Below the pieces are notes generated by a model that saw only the letters and a program-made list of their open reading frames with translations, had not been told where the DNA came from and made no database searches. Made by a program: the position numbers and the translations under genes. Shown one piece after another: positions 12,497 through 25,866 of a stretch of 64,000 nt of DNA. Position 1 is the stretch's first letter. Each line of letters begins with the position of its first letter. This DNA is from Octopus vulgaris (lineage: Eukaryota), in assembly GCA_951406725.2 (NCBI GenBank), contig OX597835.1, positions 21,018,001 through 21,082,000 on the forward strand, read 5' to 3'.

Positions 12497-12879
12497 GAAG
12501 CACTCCGTCGGTTACGACGATGAGGGTTCCTGTTGATCCGAATCAACGGAACAGCCTGCTCGTGAAATTAACGTGTAAGTGGCTGAGCACTCCACAGACA
12601 CGTGTACCCTTAACGTAGTTCTCGGGGATATTCAGCGTGACACAGAGAGTGACAAGGCCGGCCCTTTGAAATACAGGTACAACAGAAGCAGGAAGTAAGA
12701 GTGAGAGAAAGTTGTGGTGAAAGAGTACAGCAGGGATCACCACCATCCCCTGCCGGAGCCTCGTGGAGATTTAGGTGTTTTCGCTCAATAAACACTCACA
12801 ACGCCTGGTCTGGGAATCGAAACTGCGATCCTATGACCGCGAGTCTGCTGCCCTAACCACTGGGCCATTGCGCCTCCAC
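12497..12879 (-). mobile_element. SINE family C (tRNA-Arg-like head), full length with TSD
   Basis: tRNA head with a TCG-centred anticodon loop; TSD ATTGAACAGT at 12487-12496 and 12880-12889. Confidence 0.92.
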
Positions 12880-13139
12880 ATTGAACAGTATATCACTAAC
12901 ATTAAACATACCTTCTTCTGCTCTTCTCAAATCAAGATTGGTATACAACTGTGGAAACAAACCATATACGAGGATGGTCCGACTCCTTTGATCCGTTGCC
13001 GTATGTTTAAAAATTCGTATCTGGAAAACATATTGCTATATCAACAAATAACAGAATTGGAAATAAATACATGCACCCAAACATATTCATATATACATAT
13101 AGATAGATCCATACCTATATGCCTATATATATATATAGG

Positions 13140-13345
13140 AAGAGACGTAAACAAGAGACTATGGCATTACAACCAGCCAGGAATAGTCTTCGCTACATTT
13201 GCGGTACCTGCCAGAGGGAGTGTTTGTCCAGGATAGGACTACACAGCCACAGCAGGAAATGTATCAGGACATGAAATATAAAAGCCGGACTAGACTACTT
13301 CATGCGCAACTCCATTGTCTCCCGAGACAGAAAGGATGCCAATAC
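13140..13345 (+). mobile_element. RTE-clade LINE 3' end
   Basis: 13140-13274 reads KRRKQETMALQPARNSLRYICGTCQRECLSRIGLHSHSRKCIRT* (CxxCxRxCxSRIGLxSH, typical RTE C-terminus); 3' stem-loop TGTCTCCCGAGACA. Confidence 0.85.
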
Positions 13346-13346
13346 A

Positions 13347-13404
<58 letters not shown>

Positions 13405-14087
13405 TGTGCGTGGATAGATAAAATATACACACACAACTCTGTACACACACAAACACAAACACACATACACAAAAAGAAAACATCACAAAAACACACTCAC
13501 ACGCAGCTGGTAACCGCACATATACACACAGGTGGTGACTCTCAAACGAATACATCTAACCCAAACAAAAATCCTAATTCCTTTATCAACAAGAGAAAAT
13601 CTTCACAGCATACACAGCCATCAACATTTTTCAAAACATATTGAAAAGACATTCAACACAACACACACACATACACACACACACACATACACACACACAT
13701 ATACACATACAGATACACACACATACACACACACACAAACACACACGCACGGGTGGACATAAAACTCATTCAAGAAATGTTCTTTAGCCACCCCCTTGAC
13801 AGGAACACACACAGATATCTTTTAGACTATAATAGACACCCCATCTCTCACTCTCTAACACTTTAAACTCTACACCAAACTATATTTAAAGAAGACTTAA
13901 AGGAAAAATCGAAACATCTCCAGAGAAGCTAGACTGGTTTTACTTCAAACTTTTCAAATTTTTACTAGTATTTGCTAAGAAACTGGTAATTTTAATATTT
14001 ATTAAATTCCTTCCTCAACTGAAATGTCCTAGACTTAATTCTGTGCTATTTCCACCTCCATCTATTTGATATACGTACATATGTTTG

Positions 14088-14134
<47 letters not shown>

Positions 14135-14261
14135 TATTTGAAATACTTGAGATTCAGTTGAATCAGGTACTTACGTTGAAGCACCAAGTCAGTGGATGTT
14201 ATCTGTACAAGTCAAAGTAAGGTGAATAAGATCAAAATAAGCAACAAGATGTCAAGAGGTG

Positions 14262-14348
14262 ATGCAGTACGACCGTTTCAGGCGCTCCGTTCAATTGAAC
14301 AATGCAATCACTACATCAATTTAAATGCAGGGCTATCCTCAGCTGCAT
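14262..14348 (-). ncRNA. Candidate type I hammerhead ribozyme with long, imperfect stem II
   Basis: Minus strand: ATGCAG-CTGAGGA-(~56 nt)-GAAA-CGGTCG-TA-CTGCAT. Perfect 6-bp stem I and intact core; base of stem II pairs poorly. Confidence 0.55.
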
Positions 14349-14550
14349 GAATAAATATATATATACGTGTGTATAGATGGAGGGAGGGATGTGTATGTGT
14401 GATTTTTTTTTAGTTTCATTTCAGTTCTTGAGTTTTCGAACCGGTCGCTAACAAAGAGATAATTCTTTTTGAGGTAAAAGGCTTCCCAGTATTTGTAAAT
14501 ATATTGATCAGTTGGTTTGTTGGCTTAACTGTCGATGCAAACAAGCACAA

Positions 14551-14608
<58 letters not shown>

Positions 14609-14844
14609 ATAAATACATACTACACCACACGCTTCCAAACAGTCTCCAGCTGTTCCCTCGCAGAGAACTGATCTGGTCGGACGGCATCACATGATATTTG
14701 CCCAAGGCACCGCGCAATGGGACTGAACTCGAAGATATGTATTTGCTAAACGAAATTGTTCACCACAGAACCATGCAAAATATATGCTTAGATCGATAGA
14801 TCGATAGATAGATTGACAAGACAGGGTGTTGGATGAATGGATGA

Positions 14845-15345
<501 letters not shown>

Positions 15346-16294
15346 CTTTGAGTCAGCAAATAAGTATTGCACATGTTAACAATTGAAAATGTTAAAAATT
15401 ACTAATGAAAAGATTTAATATTTGAATTGTTAATAAACACAAAGCATTATTAAATACAGTTGGAAGGTAAACATCATCATCACCATCATCATCTTCATCA
15501 TCAATAGCAACAACAATAACATCAACAATAACAACAACAAAGCCATTAACAAGAACACTACCCACCACAGCAAATATCTTATATAAAATTCTAAAAGTCT
15601 TCCAATTGAAATCATTCTTAGAAAGCAAACCAAAGAAAAAATGTTTTCTTGTGTAAATTATTTTACAGTACAACTCTATATTATTATTGTATATATTCTC
15701 TTCCTATTGCGAAGCTTTTTCCTCCATTTTTTTCTCATGGGTTTTCTTCTAATTTTATGTTGTAGGTGTTTATTAAGTGTAAATATCTTAGCTGTTCACT
15801 CGTAAACTTGCCAATCCTTCCATTCGTCATAACGTGCCGATGTTTTGTAGATTTTGTTTTTTATCTTCTCTTCTCTTCTCTTCTCTTCCAGTGAAACGTA
15901 GCGTTTTAATCGAAAATGGAAAACTCATTCAGAATAGCGAAAGATTGTGCAAAAATGCTTTGTGGATGAATGTTGTATTGGGGTACGGTGGAGGACATTG
16001 TTTATTGAAATGTTTCTCAACTTTTTACTAGTCTCTAATGCGGAGCAATATAGACGCTTCGGTGGCGGAATGATAAAGGTATATTTTACAATCAAAGGAT
16101 TTCCGGGTTGGATTCTGCTGCACGGTACTGCGGTTAAGTGTCTTCAGTTTTATGAAGACGGTAACTACTTGTATATGTATTCTTTTGAGTTTCCCTATGG
16201 AGTGAAACTCTTATGGTTTAACTATATATAGCTTGTAGCTTTGTCAGGCAAAGAGAAGGGTAAGTTTCAGATAAACAATCTTTAATTCACACAC

Positions 16295-16450
16295 AGGCAT
16301 AACAATGTGATAAGAAGCTTGCTACCCAACCACACGGTTTTGGGTTCAGTCCCACTGCATGGCACCTTGGGCAAGTGACTTCTAGTATAGCCTCAGACCG
16401 ATTAAAGCCTAGTAAGTGGGTTTGGTAGACGAAAGCAAAATATATGAATT
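16295..16450 (+). mobile_element. SINE family B, 5' fragment
   Basis: GGGTTCAGTCCCACTGCATGGCACCTTGGGCAAGTG. Confidence 0.75.
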
Positions 16451-17079
16451 TGGTAGACGGAAACAGGAAGTGGGCCAATGTATGTGTGTGTAAGAAGCTT
16501 GCTTTGTAACCTGTGTAAGAAGCTTGCTTTGTAATAAAAAACTGAAGAAATTGAATCTACTTCCAAAACATGTGTGTGTATGTGTGTGTGTGTGTGTGTG
16601 TGTGTCCAAAACAGTGTATAAAAATTTATACACAGAAAGAGATTATTGAGAGGACTTCTTATATGCTAAAAGAGGCAGGTAAATCCAAACCATGAAAAAT
16701 TATTCTTTAGGCACGCTGTTAATGGCACTAGAATGAACAAAATAAAAAGATTAGTTAATCCGAAACTCAAATTTCGCTATAAATGACCAAATAAATTAGT
16801 TCGTCAGTGGGATCGCTAAAGAATGCATAATTATGTAGGTTTAATACGTACCGAAAGCACGTGCGCAAGACAGCTCCATCCTTAATAAATCATTTTAATT
16901 TTTTACCCTCATAATTTACACAGTAAAATTTTTGAATTCTGGGGCCATATAGTACACAGTTTAAATTTATTTACTACTGGACTATCTAATTATGCTAGCG
17001 TACTAAATTTGAATACAATAATATATAAAAATGTATGTATGCATACATATATATATAGGTATATATATATACATATATG

Positions 17080-17149
<70 letters not shown>

Positions 17150-17350
17150 ACAATGATAAATATCAAAGTGAGTTATATACAGTAGCGGTAACACATCGTG
17201 ACGTATTTTTGCCATTTCAATATGGCTAACCCCTAAGGGTGGATGCTACTGTAGTTTTTAGCCCCAGGAGGACACACTCCTCCAGCTGGCCATAGACACA
17301 CTATCTGTGTCCTGTCAGTATTTGCAAAGGGAAGTCATCCTTCCCGTCTT

Positions 17351-17420
17351 CAACTTATGATACACACGGACTCGAGTTTCGAGGTATTGACCTCTCGTCA
17401 GCGTGTGACAATCATAGTTG
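17351..17420 (-). ncRNA. Type I hammerhead ribozyme
   Basis: Reverse complement of the copy at 17717-17786; predicted cleavage between 17369 and 17368. Confidence 0.93.
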
Positions 17421-17716
17421 TCGCCGATAATTAGATTTCCTTCACAAATATTTATACTTTTTCCAGCGTCCACTGTCGCTGATATTGAAAAAGTGAAATC
17501 AAACAATGATAAATATCAAAGTGAGTTATATACAGTAGCATCCACCCTTAGGGGTTAGCCATATTGAAATGGCAAAAATACGTCACGATGTGTTACCGCT
17601 ACTGTATATAACTCACTTTGATATTTATCATTGTTTGATTTCACTTTTTCAATATCAGCGACAGTGGACGCTGGAAAAAGTATAAGTATTTGTGAAGGAA
17701 ATCTAATTCTCGGCGA

Positions 17717-17786
17717 CAACTATGATTGTCACACGCTGACGAGAGGTCAATACCTCGAAACTCGAGTCCGTGTGTATCATAAGTTG
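17717..17786 (+). ncRNA. Type I hammerhead ribozyme
   Basis: CACACG(17730-35)-CTGACGA-GAGG tcaata CCTC-GAAA-CTCGAG-TC(17768)-CGTGTG; stem I extended by CAACTATGAT/ATCATAAGTTG; GUC cleavage after 17768. Confidence 0.95.
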
Positions 17787-17979
17787 AAGACGGGAAGGAT
17801 GACTTCCCTTTGCAAATACTGACAGGACACAGATAGTGTGTCTATGGCCAGCTGGAGGAGTGTGTCCTCCTGGGGCTAAAAACTACAGTAGCATCCACCC
17901 TTAGGGGTTAGCCATATTGAAATGGCAAAAATACGTCACGGTATATATACATATATGTATATATATATATACATATGTG

Positions 17980-18039
<60 letters not shown>

Positions 18040-18051
18040 TATATAATATAT

Positions 18052-18200
18052 ACACGGCAGGCTTCTTTCAGTTTCCGTCTACCATATCCACTCACTAGCC
18101 CTTGGTTAGTCCGAAGCTACGGAAGAAGATACTTGCCACGCAGTGGAACTGAACCCGAAACCATGTGGTTTTAAGCAACCTTCTTATCACACAGCCAAGC
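18052..18200 (-). mobile_element. SINE family B, 5' part
   Basis: GCTTCTTTCAGTTTCCGTCTACC...CACACAGCCA. Confidence 0.75.
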
Positions 18201-19190
18201 CTGTGTTTATTTAATAAACATACATATACCTTTGCTGTACATGTAGTGAATGTTGTTAAACCGAAGTATTGTTCACGCTTTAGAAGGGAAAGAAAAGCAA
18301 ATTTAACCGATACTCCTGTTTCTACAATTTCATTAGGGTTACTTACGAACGTGTTAATCGACAAAAAGAGCGGGAGAGAAGAACGGGAATCGCTTACATC
18401 GCCCTGTCAAATATGTGATGTTGAATTACCACTGATTCTCTTAATTTAAGTATCTTCTTATTAATAAGTAGATTGTGGATTCGAATTAATTAACGACATT
18501 GCTAAATATGTGTATCTGTGAATATATTATAAATTATTTAATAATTAATTAATAACAGCAGGTGTCTCTTAGTATACAAGTCATGTTAGACGCTTGGTTT
18601 TCTGATCAGAGAAATGACTTCGTTGCTTAAACACTGCAACTGTTTGCTTAGCAAAACTAAACGTATAGATATTAGTACAAACATATTCCTAGATATTCTA
18701 AATAATTTATCCACAGCATATGTCTCCGCGCATGCGCATTCGTGTGTGTGTTTGTATTTGCGTATGTAAAACATATGAGAGAAAAAGAAAATGGAATTCA
18801 TAAAACTCTTTATTAATCACTACGATCGTCTCGACCCATCGTGCATCCGTCCCTCGCTGGTGGAATTCTGTACAACTGTTTCTGGTGCGGCCGAAAGACT
18901 CGTACGTTGGGATAACGCAAAGGAAAATGAAAATGTGCTATTTGACTGGGGAGACAAGAATGACAGTTAGAGGGTCAGAACAAAGGAAGAAGCAAAATAT
19001 AAAGGAGGCAAAGAGAGAGAAAGTGAGAGGAAAGTCGGCAAAACAGGAAAAGATAGAGAAAGAGACAGAGGAGAAAGGAATATTTCAGTGTTGGGTATGT
19101 TCCTAGTAGTACACCGATAAAGCATGTTCATTGCCTGTCTACCTGACGTTATCTCAGGTAATTATACAATTGTCGCTTAACCTACCTCAT

Positions 19191-19271
<81 letters not shown>

Positions 19272-19723
19272 CATATATACACATACACACACATGAATAT
19301 TTATATACACACACACACATATATATACATTTATATAAACATACACACGCACTGACACACAATTTATGGCTGTTTTCAAAATTTTAATAAGCATTAACGT
19401 TGTTTTGATGCTATTTAGTGCTGCAGATTATATGCTTAAAATTGGCCAACTCATATTTTGAAATGCTAAGGCGATTAACGCGTTGTGAAAGTGATTTGGC
19501 AAATAACTTTTAACAGATCAAGTGAATTTTGTTGTATATAGCGGCGCTGATTCAACAAAAATTGATGAAGCATTGTAAAAATGTTAGGTCCTGACTCTCC
19601 CATCAACTTCGAATCCTATATATTCGGTGACAGATTACAGTAGCACCCACAGCTCTAAATGTAGGGCGGTTCCTCTGGCCTCGCTACAAGAATGCTAATA
19701 GGCGCACTGCAGGCGCAGTATAT

Positions 19724-19886
19724 GCACAGGAGTGGCTGTGTGGTAAGTAGCTTGCTTACCAACCACATGGTTCCGGGTTCATCCCTCTGCGTGGCACCTT
19801 GGGCAAGTGTCTTCTACTATAGCCTCGGGCCGACCAAAGCCTTGTGAGTGGATTTGGTAGACGGAAACTGAAAGAAACCCGTCGTA

Positions 19887-19938
<52 letters not shown>

Positions 19939-19948
19939 CGTGTGTGTT

Positions 19949-19981
<33 letters not shown>

Positions 19982-20200
19982 TTATGTGTGTGTGTTTGTT
20001 CCCCCAACATCGCTTGACAACCGATGCTGGTGTGTTTACGTCCCCGTCACAACCAGCGGTTCGGCAAAGGAACACGACGGAATAAGTACTAGGCTTACAA
20101 AGAATAAGTCCTGAAGTCGATTTGCTCGACTAATGGTGGTGCTCCAGCTTAGCCGCAGTCAAATAACTGAAACAAGAAAAAGAGTAAAAGAGTAAAGAGT
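19724..20200 (+). mobile_element. SINE family B, full length
   Basis: Head, internal microsatellite and (AAGAGTA)n tail as in the other copies. Confidence 0.9.
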
Positions 20201-21275
20201 ACTGTGTTAGCTGATACTCCAAATGTTAGAATTTCTACGGCAACAAATTCAATAAAGAATTGCAAAAGGATTCGTAGGAATTCTGGTTCAAGTCCCCCAA
20301 TGTAACTCCTCATAAATTATTTATCTTTTTTGGAATTTTTAGAAATTCCTTGTGAACACACGCGTATTCATACGATTATGCAAAAGAAAAACCCAATTTT
20401 TTTGTGTGTGATTAAAAGGCTGTTTAGCTGTTAGTTTTAGCACATCTCACGTCCACCTACATTTTTCGTTTCTTTGTTATTCTCACATGTATTTATGTTT
20501 TTCCCCTATTTTGCTCCCTATTAACACATTTAATATTCCATTTCTTGGATTTAAGGCAAAAATTCGAACTGTATGTATGTTGAACTCTTTTTTAAAAAAA
20601 AACAACAGGAAATGAAAATTTAGAAGATTTCTTTCTTTTAATTCGAAAAATTATACTTTTTCATATAAGAATAAATTTCTAAGTATAATTCAACCATTAG
20701 CCTTAGGTGAATAACAAATTAACGGATTTCCAAACGTTCCTTTCACATTCTTTGCACTTAAAAAACAATAGTCATACTACCAAATTAACGCTAGCTAAAC
20801 CAGCATACTCTGAGTTCGCTTCAAATCACGGAAGTAGCTGAACGTTGAATAAAGCTGCATTCACTATTGACCACATGAATGAAACTGGGTTCAAATTCAT
20901 TTACGAGATATCTATGCAGCAAAAACGTATGTGGGACAAATTCAAGTTAAATGTGTTGTATAAAATTCTGATGTACTAATCTCCCTATTCATTCATTGTA
21001 ATTGTTTTGGATATGCATTCAGTAGACTATTTATAATCCAATGAAGCGGAATAAGGATTTACTCTAGCAGACCAAGGATTGAGTGAAATACGAAGGATTT
21101 ACTGAAGCGAGCCAAGTATTGGGTGAATTCATAGCGACTACTTACCTCAATTGATATCGGGTGTTTTTACCATTCTATGCGGTTAGCTATACCTTGGATT
21201 ATAATCGAGGCTTGAAGGGTTATCCTTGTCTATTCAACACACACACACACACACACAACACACAAACACACACAT

Positions 21276-21347
<72 letters not shown>

Positions 21348-21370
21348 CACGCACATATATATTGATGTAC

Positions 21371-21424
<54 letters not shown>

Positions 21425-21452
21425 TTTATTTAAAAGCAGCAGAAAATTCAAC

Positions 21453-21499
21453 AAAACCTGTTACTCTGAGTTTCACGTTCCCGTTCGTCGGACAGTTTT
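21453..21499 (-). ncRNA. Minimal type I hammerhead-like motif with a CCGACGA core
   Basis: Minus strand AAAACTGT-CCGACGA-ACG ggaa CGT-GAAA-CTCAGAG-TA-ACAGGTTTT; lies in a small element (21421-21607) with inverted repeat 21421-21449/21513-21542. Confidence 0.7.
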
Positions 21500-21607
21500 G
21501 GGCAAAAATATCGAATTTTCTGCTGCTTTTAAATAAAGCATATTACTCTACCACTGGTATTTGAGTACTCTTTTTTCCACCTTGTTTCACATTTATGTGT
21601 TTACTCC

Positions 21608-21640
<33 letters not shown>

Positions 21641-22173
21641 GGAGAAAGCTACTTATAGCTACTTATTAATCAGGTATGTAACAGTTATTAAAGAAACCAA
21701 ATATTAAAGGCTTGACCGCCTAGAAATTTTTGTTTTAAATTCATGTTTCAAGATATCTCCTGTATTTTTGATTTCTGAAGTTTATGGATAATTTGAACTT
21801 CCAGTCCTTTACAAATATAAGTATTCGTTGCATTCACTGCGGAGTATATTTAGCGAACAATATTAATTCGTTGCAGACGAAATTTTCCGTTTTCATTTGC
21901 AACAGTCTCTCACTCCCTCTCGCCTTTATTTGCATTACTGATAATTTATTATATATTCATTCACTATTTGCAAAACCCACACTTTATTCTATATACGTAT
22001 TGAAAATTTTTTTTTTTATTTGAATGTACGAATGCTATTACACAAATAGTTGCATAACGTCGAGGCTTATTTTTGATAAAATGGACATTTTTAATATTTC
22101 GCTATAATTTGAAAAATAAAAAAATATTCAAGAAGTGATTTTGTTAGTATGACTCTTTGGGACGCTATAAGCC

Positions 22174-22375
22174 TTCATCATCATCATTGTTCGACCGTGG
22201 TCGAGACAATGGAATTTATCATGCTACGCCAGACTTCACCGTCCATCATGGCATTACGGAGGTCCTGTTGCTGGATGCCTGTATCCCTGGAGATTACATC
22301 AGGGTAGGAGAGTGTGTGCCCTCTGGTATTGCGAGTAGATGGCTTCCAGAGGAGAAGAGGAGAAATTACTTCTTT
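22174..22375 (-). mobile_element. RTE-clade LINE 3' end with (TGA)n tail
   Basis: Minus strand reads LLLWKPSTRNTRGHTLSYPDVISRDTGIQQQDLRNAMMDGEVWRSMINSIVSTTVEQ**. Confidence 0.85.
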
Positions 22376-23237
22376 TTCAGGTCTACAACAATAACTAATA
22401 ACTTACACTAATAATTATGTGATCGCTGCTATTTCTAGGACGATTAACGTTTCTTTATATTACAGATATATTACAACTACGGTAAATTACTGAAAGAAGT
22501 ATTTACTAATATTTACTAAGCAAGTGAGATTTTTCATAAATTGAAGTTTTCAAGAAAATTTACTTTCTGAAATTCCTTTTATTATTGAGTATTTCAAGCT
22601 AAGAATTTAAATATTCGGTACAAGATAGTTTGTCATTCTTTCGCTTAAACCCGCAACTTCGTTCATTTCCGTAAGAACATTTTATTTAATATTTTCACGC
22701 CGTGTTCTGCTCTATGTATTTGTAGACAGTCTGAGACGCACGCGTGTGCTTTTGTATGTGCGTTTGTGTGTGTTTGTGTGCGTGTGAGATAGAGAGACAG
22801 AGAGAGAGAGCGAAAGAGTGAGTGAAGGGATGTGTTGTCAGGTATACGTGCATAGATAAATACATATGCATACATCTTTTTGTATGAATCTGTGCGCGCG
22901 TGTGTGCGTGTGAGTGTCGGTGTTTGAGACAGAAAAAAAGTGCGTGATGTCTAAGTGGCACTCTCTCCCTCTCCCTCCCTCTCTCTTTCTCTCTCTCTCT
23001 CTCTACACACACAAGCGTCCATTCCATATACACGAACATACAGTTTTCACTTCTCTCTTTCACTTTAAAACAATAGTAAATAAATAAAAAATATTAACGA
23101 AAATTAACGAAGAAAAGCAGATGTTCATTTTGGCATTTCTGAGGGCTCAACCCCAAAAAAGGCCATCTTGTTTTTAACGATCTTTTACTTATACGATCTT
23201 TTTCATTTCATATTTATTTCATTTACTGTTTATTTCA

Positions 23238-23301
<64 letters not shown>

Positions 23302-23505
23302 TTCACATACACACACACACACTCCAGGCTTGAGTAGCACAAAAACACCCAGAGTGTGGTCCTCCAGCTAGTATATATATTGTGTATACACATACACACA
23401 CACACAAACACATACATATATATACATATACCTGTGTATATCTGGATATAAATATATAGACATACACACGCACACACGCAAGCAGACACATACACACAAA
23501 CACAC

Positions 23506-23550
<45 letters not shown>

Positions 23551-23745
23551 ATATATACAATCATGTACAGATCAAAAAATGTATCGTAGACATATATACG
23601 AATACATGGATTTATATGTATATATATATGCGGGTGGGGTGTATATTACATACATACAGAAATGCGTACTAATATATTTGCATATATACATATATGCATA
23701 TGTATGTAAACATACATAAGTATATATACATATGTGTAAGCATAT

Positions 23746-23817
<72 letters not shown>

Positions 23818-24572
23818 GTGTTTGTGTATAAAAAGATACATATGTGTGTCTGTGTTCATATGTACACATAGCTGAATATATACATGTGTATGTACATTAA
23901 CAAATATAGTCATACATAAGTATGCACTCACGCACACACACGCACACACATACATACACGCACTCACACAAACTTCCGCTATTTCAGAATTTGATTTTCC
24001 CCTTCCATTTTGTTTTCTAATATTATTTCCTCTTTCAACTCTTTTCATATCAAAAAAGGAAAAAAAAAATCAGCAACATAGATTGATATCGTTTTGACCT
24101 CTGATAACTTTGATATCATTTTCAATTTTTTTTTTTTTTTTCTGTTTCGTGTTTCAGGCTTTTTTTTTTATTTTACTTATTCTTTATTATATGCTGCTGC
24201 TGTTTATATTTCTTTGCTTTTGTTTTGAATTTTTTTTTTATTTCCAAATTATTATTTTATAGCCTGACCTCTATATAACCATAATTTTGCTTAAAATTTT
24301 CTGTTCCATTCTTCTTCTTGATTTGGTTGCCGTTGTTGTTGTTGGCCTTGTTTTTGTTTTGTTCTTAGAGTAGTTGTGTGATTATTGTTATTTTCTTTCG
24401 TATTCTATCATTATAGATTATTTTTTTTATATCGTCTTGGTTTTTCAAAACTTATTATTAGCGTTCATAGTTCTCTGCACTTTTGTATACAGTCATACAT
24501 TTAATAACTTTCGTTCACACAGTCTCTTTCTCAAAATCTGCCTCTTTCTCGCGGTCTTTCCCATCTCTCTCT

Positions 24573-24615
<43 letters not shown>

Positions 24616-24768
24616 AGGAAGAAATGGAGCTGAACGAAGATTTAACAAAATTCCTTTTTATTATTTTCTACATATGTTTCAAAGGCTGCAAAGTCCCTAA
24701 TTTGCTACCCAGGTGTCGGTTATCATTTGAATAATCCGTAATAAGATAATTCATTTATCTACTTCAAT

Positions 24769-24821
<53 letters not shown>

Positions 24822-24847
24822 ATATATATATGTGTGTACACATCACA

Positions 24848-24903
<56 letters not shown>

Positions 24904-25135
24904 CATACATACATACATACATACATACATACATACATACATACATACATACATGTGTGAGTCTGTGTCTATGTGTGTGTGTGCATATATATATATGTAT
25001 GATTTTTACAAATTTCAACTGTTTGAAATCTTTCAAATTCTCGTAATCCAGACATATGTACGGCAACTGTTCTCAGATTATCCAGTATCCTATTGTTTTC
25101 TGTGTTCGTATATTCTTCGTGCATATACATAAACT

Positions 25136-25196
<61 letters not shown>

Positions 25197-25747
25197 ATAC
25201 ATGCAAGTATGTGTGTAGCTATGTATCTATGTACACGTCTAAATGTGTGCATATGTAATCATAAATATATGTATGAATATATGTTTAATATACATGCAGG
25301 TATTTGTCTGTATATGTATTTGTATATATTGCTCTTATTTTGATCTTTTTTCTCCAAACTGCATCCATACACTCAGTTAAACTTTCTGTTCTGACAACAT
25401 ACAATGTGCGCCTGCAATAATGTACATATATTTTACAGAGACTTATTTGCACAAATATGCACAGCAGCTCTGAGTTTCACTATATATACCCATAAGTATA
25501 CAAATGCATATAACAGAAGAGTATGTAGATATTTGGATTGATATATGTATGTATGTAGCCACTACACACAATATTTATATATCCTTGTTTCTCTCCTTAT
25601 TTTGTGTCCTTTTGTGTAGAAGAGCGTAGGCTCGAAATGTAAAAGACTTTTTCTATTCCTGAGCGCTATACTAATACATCTGTTTTTTTTTTTACACATC
25701 ACCTGTCTTCGTCTTTTCAGTTATTTTCGTAAACTTTCCATACATGT

Positions 25748-25804
<57 letters not shown>

Positions 25805-25805
25805 T

Positions 25806-25866
<61 letters not shown>

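Larger units (their letters stand above)
17149..17940. mobile_element. Retrozyme-like (non-autonomous Penelope-associated) element: 353-bp monomer in two inverted arms, each just over one monomer
   Basis: Left arm 17149-17539 (CAATGATAAATATC at 17151 and 17504); right arm 17531-17940 (TACAGTAGCATCC at 17531 and 17884). Arms are reverse complements with about 2 mismatches; flanked by (TA)n; no real ORF. Confidence 0.9.

Noticed and set aside
15892-16260. Possible exon after a (CTTCT)n CAG acceptor, with a GTAAGT donor at ~16260
   Set aside because: No recognisable protein, the frames hit stops, and the 3' part resembles a decayed SINE head; needs RNA-seq.
17315-17822. Duplicated 63-aa ORFs
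   Set aside because: TTG-started incidental frames across the hammerhead in the inverted arms; not preserved in diverged relatives.
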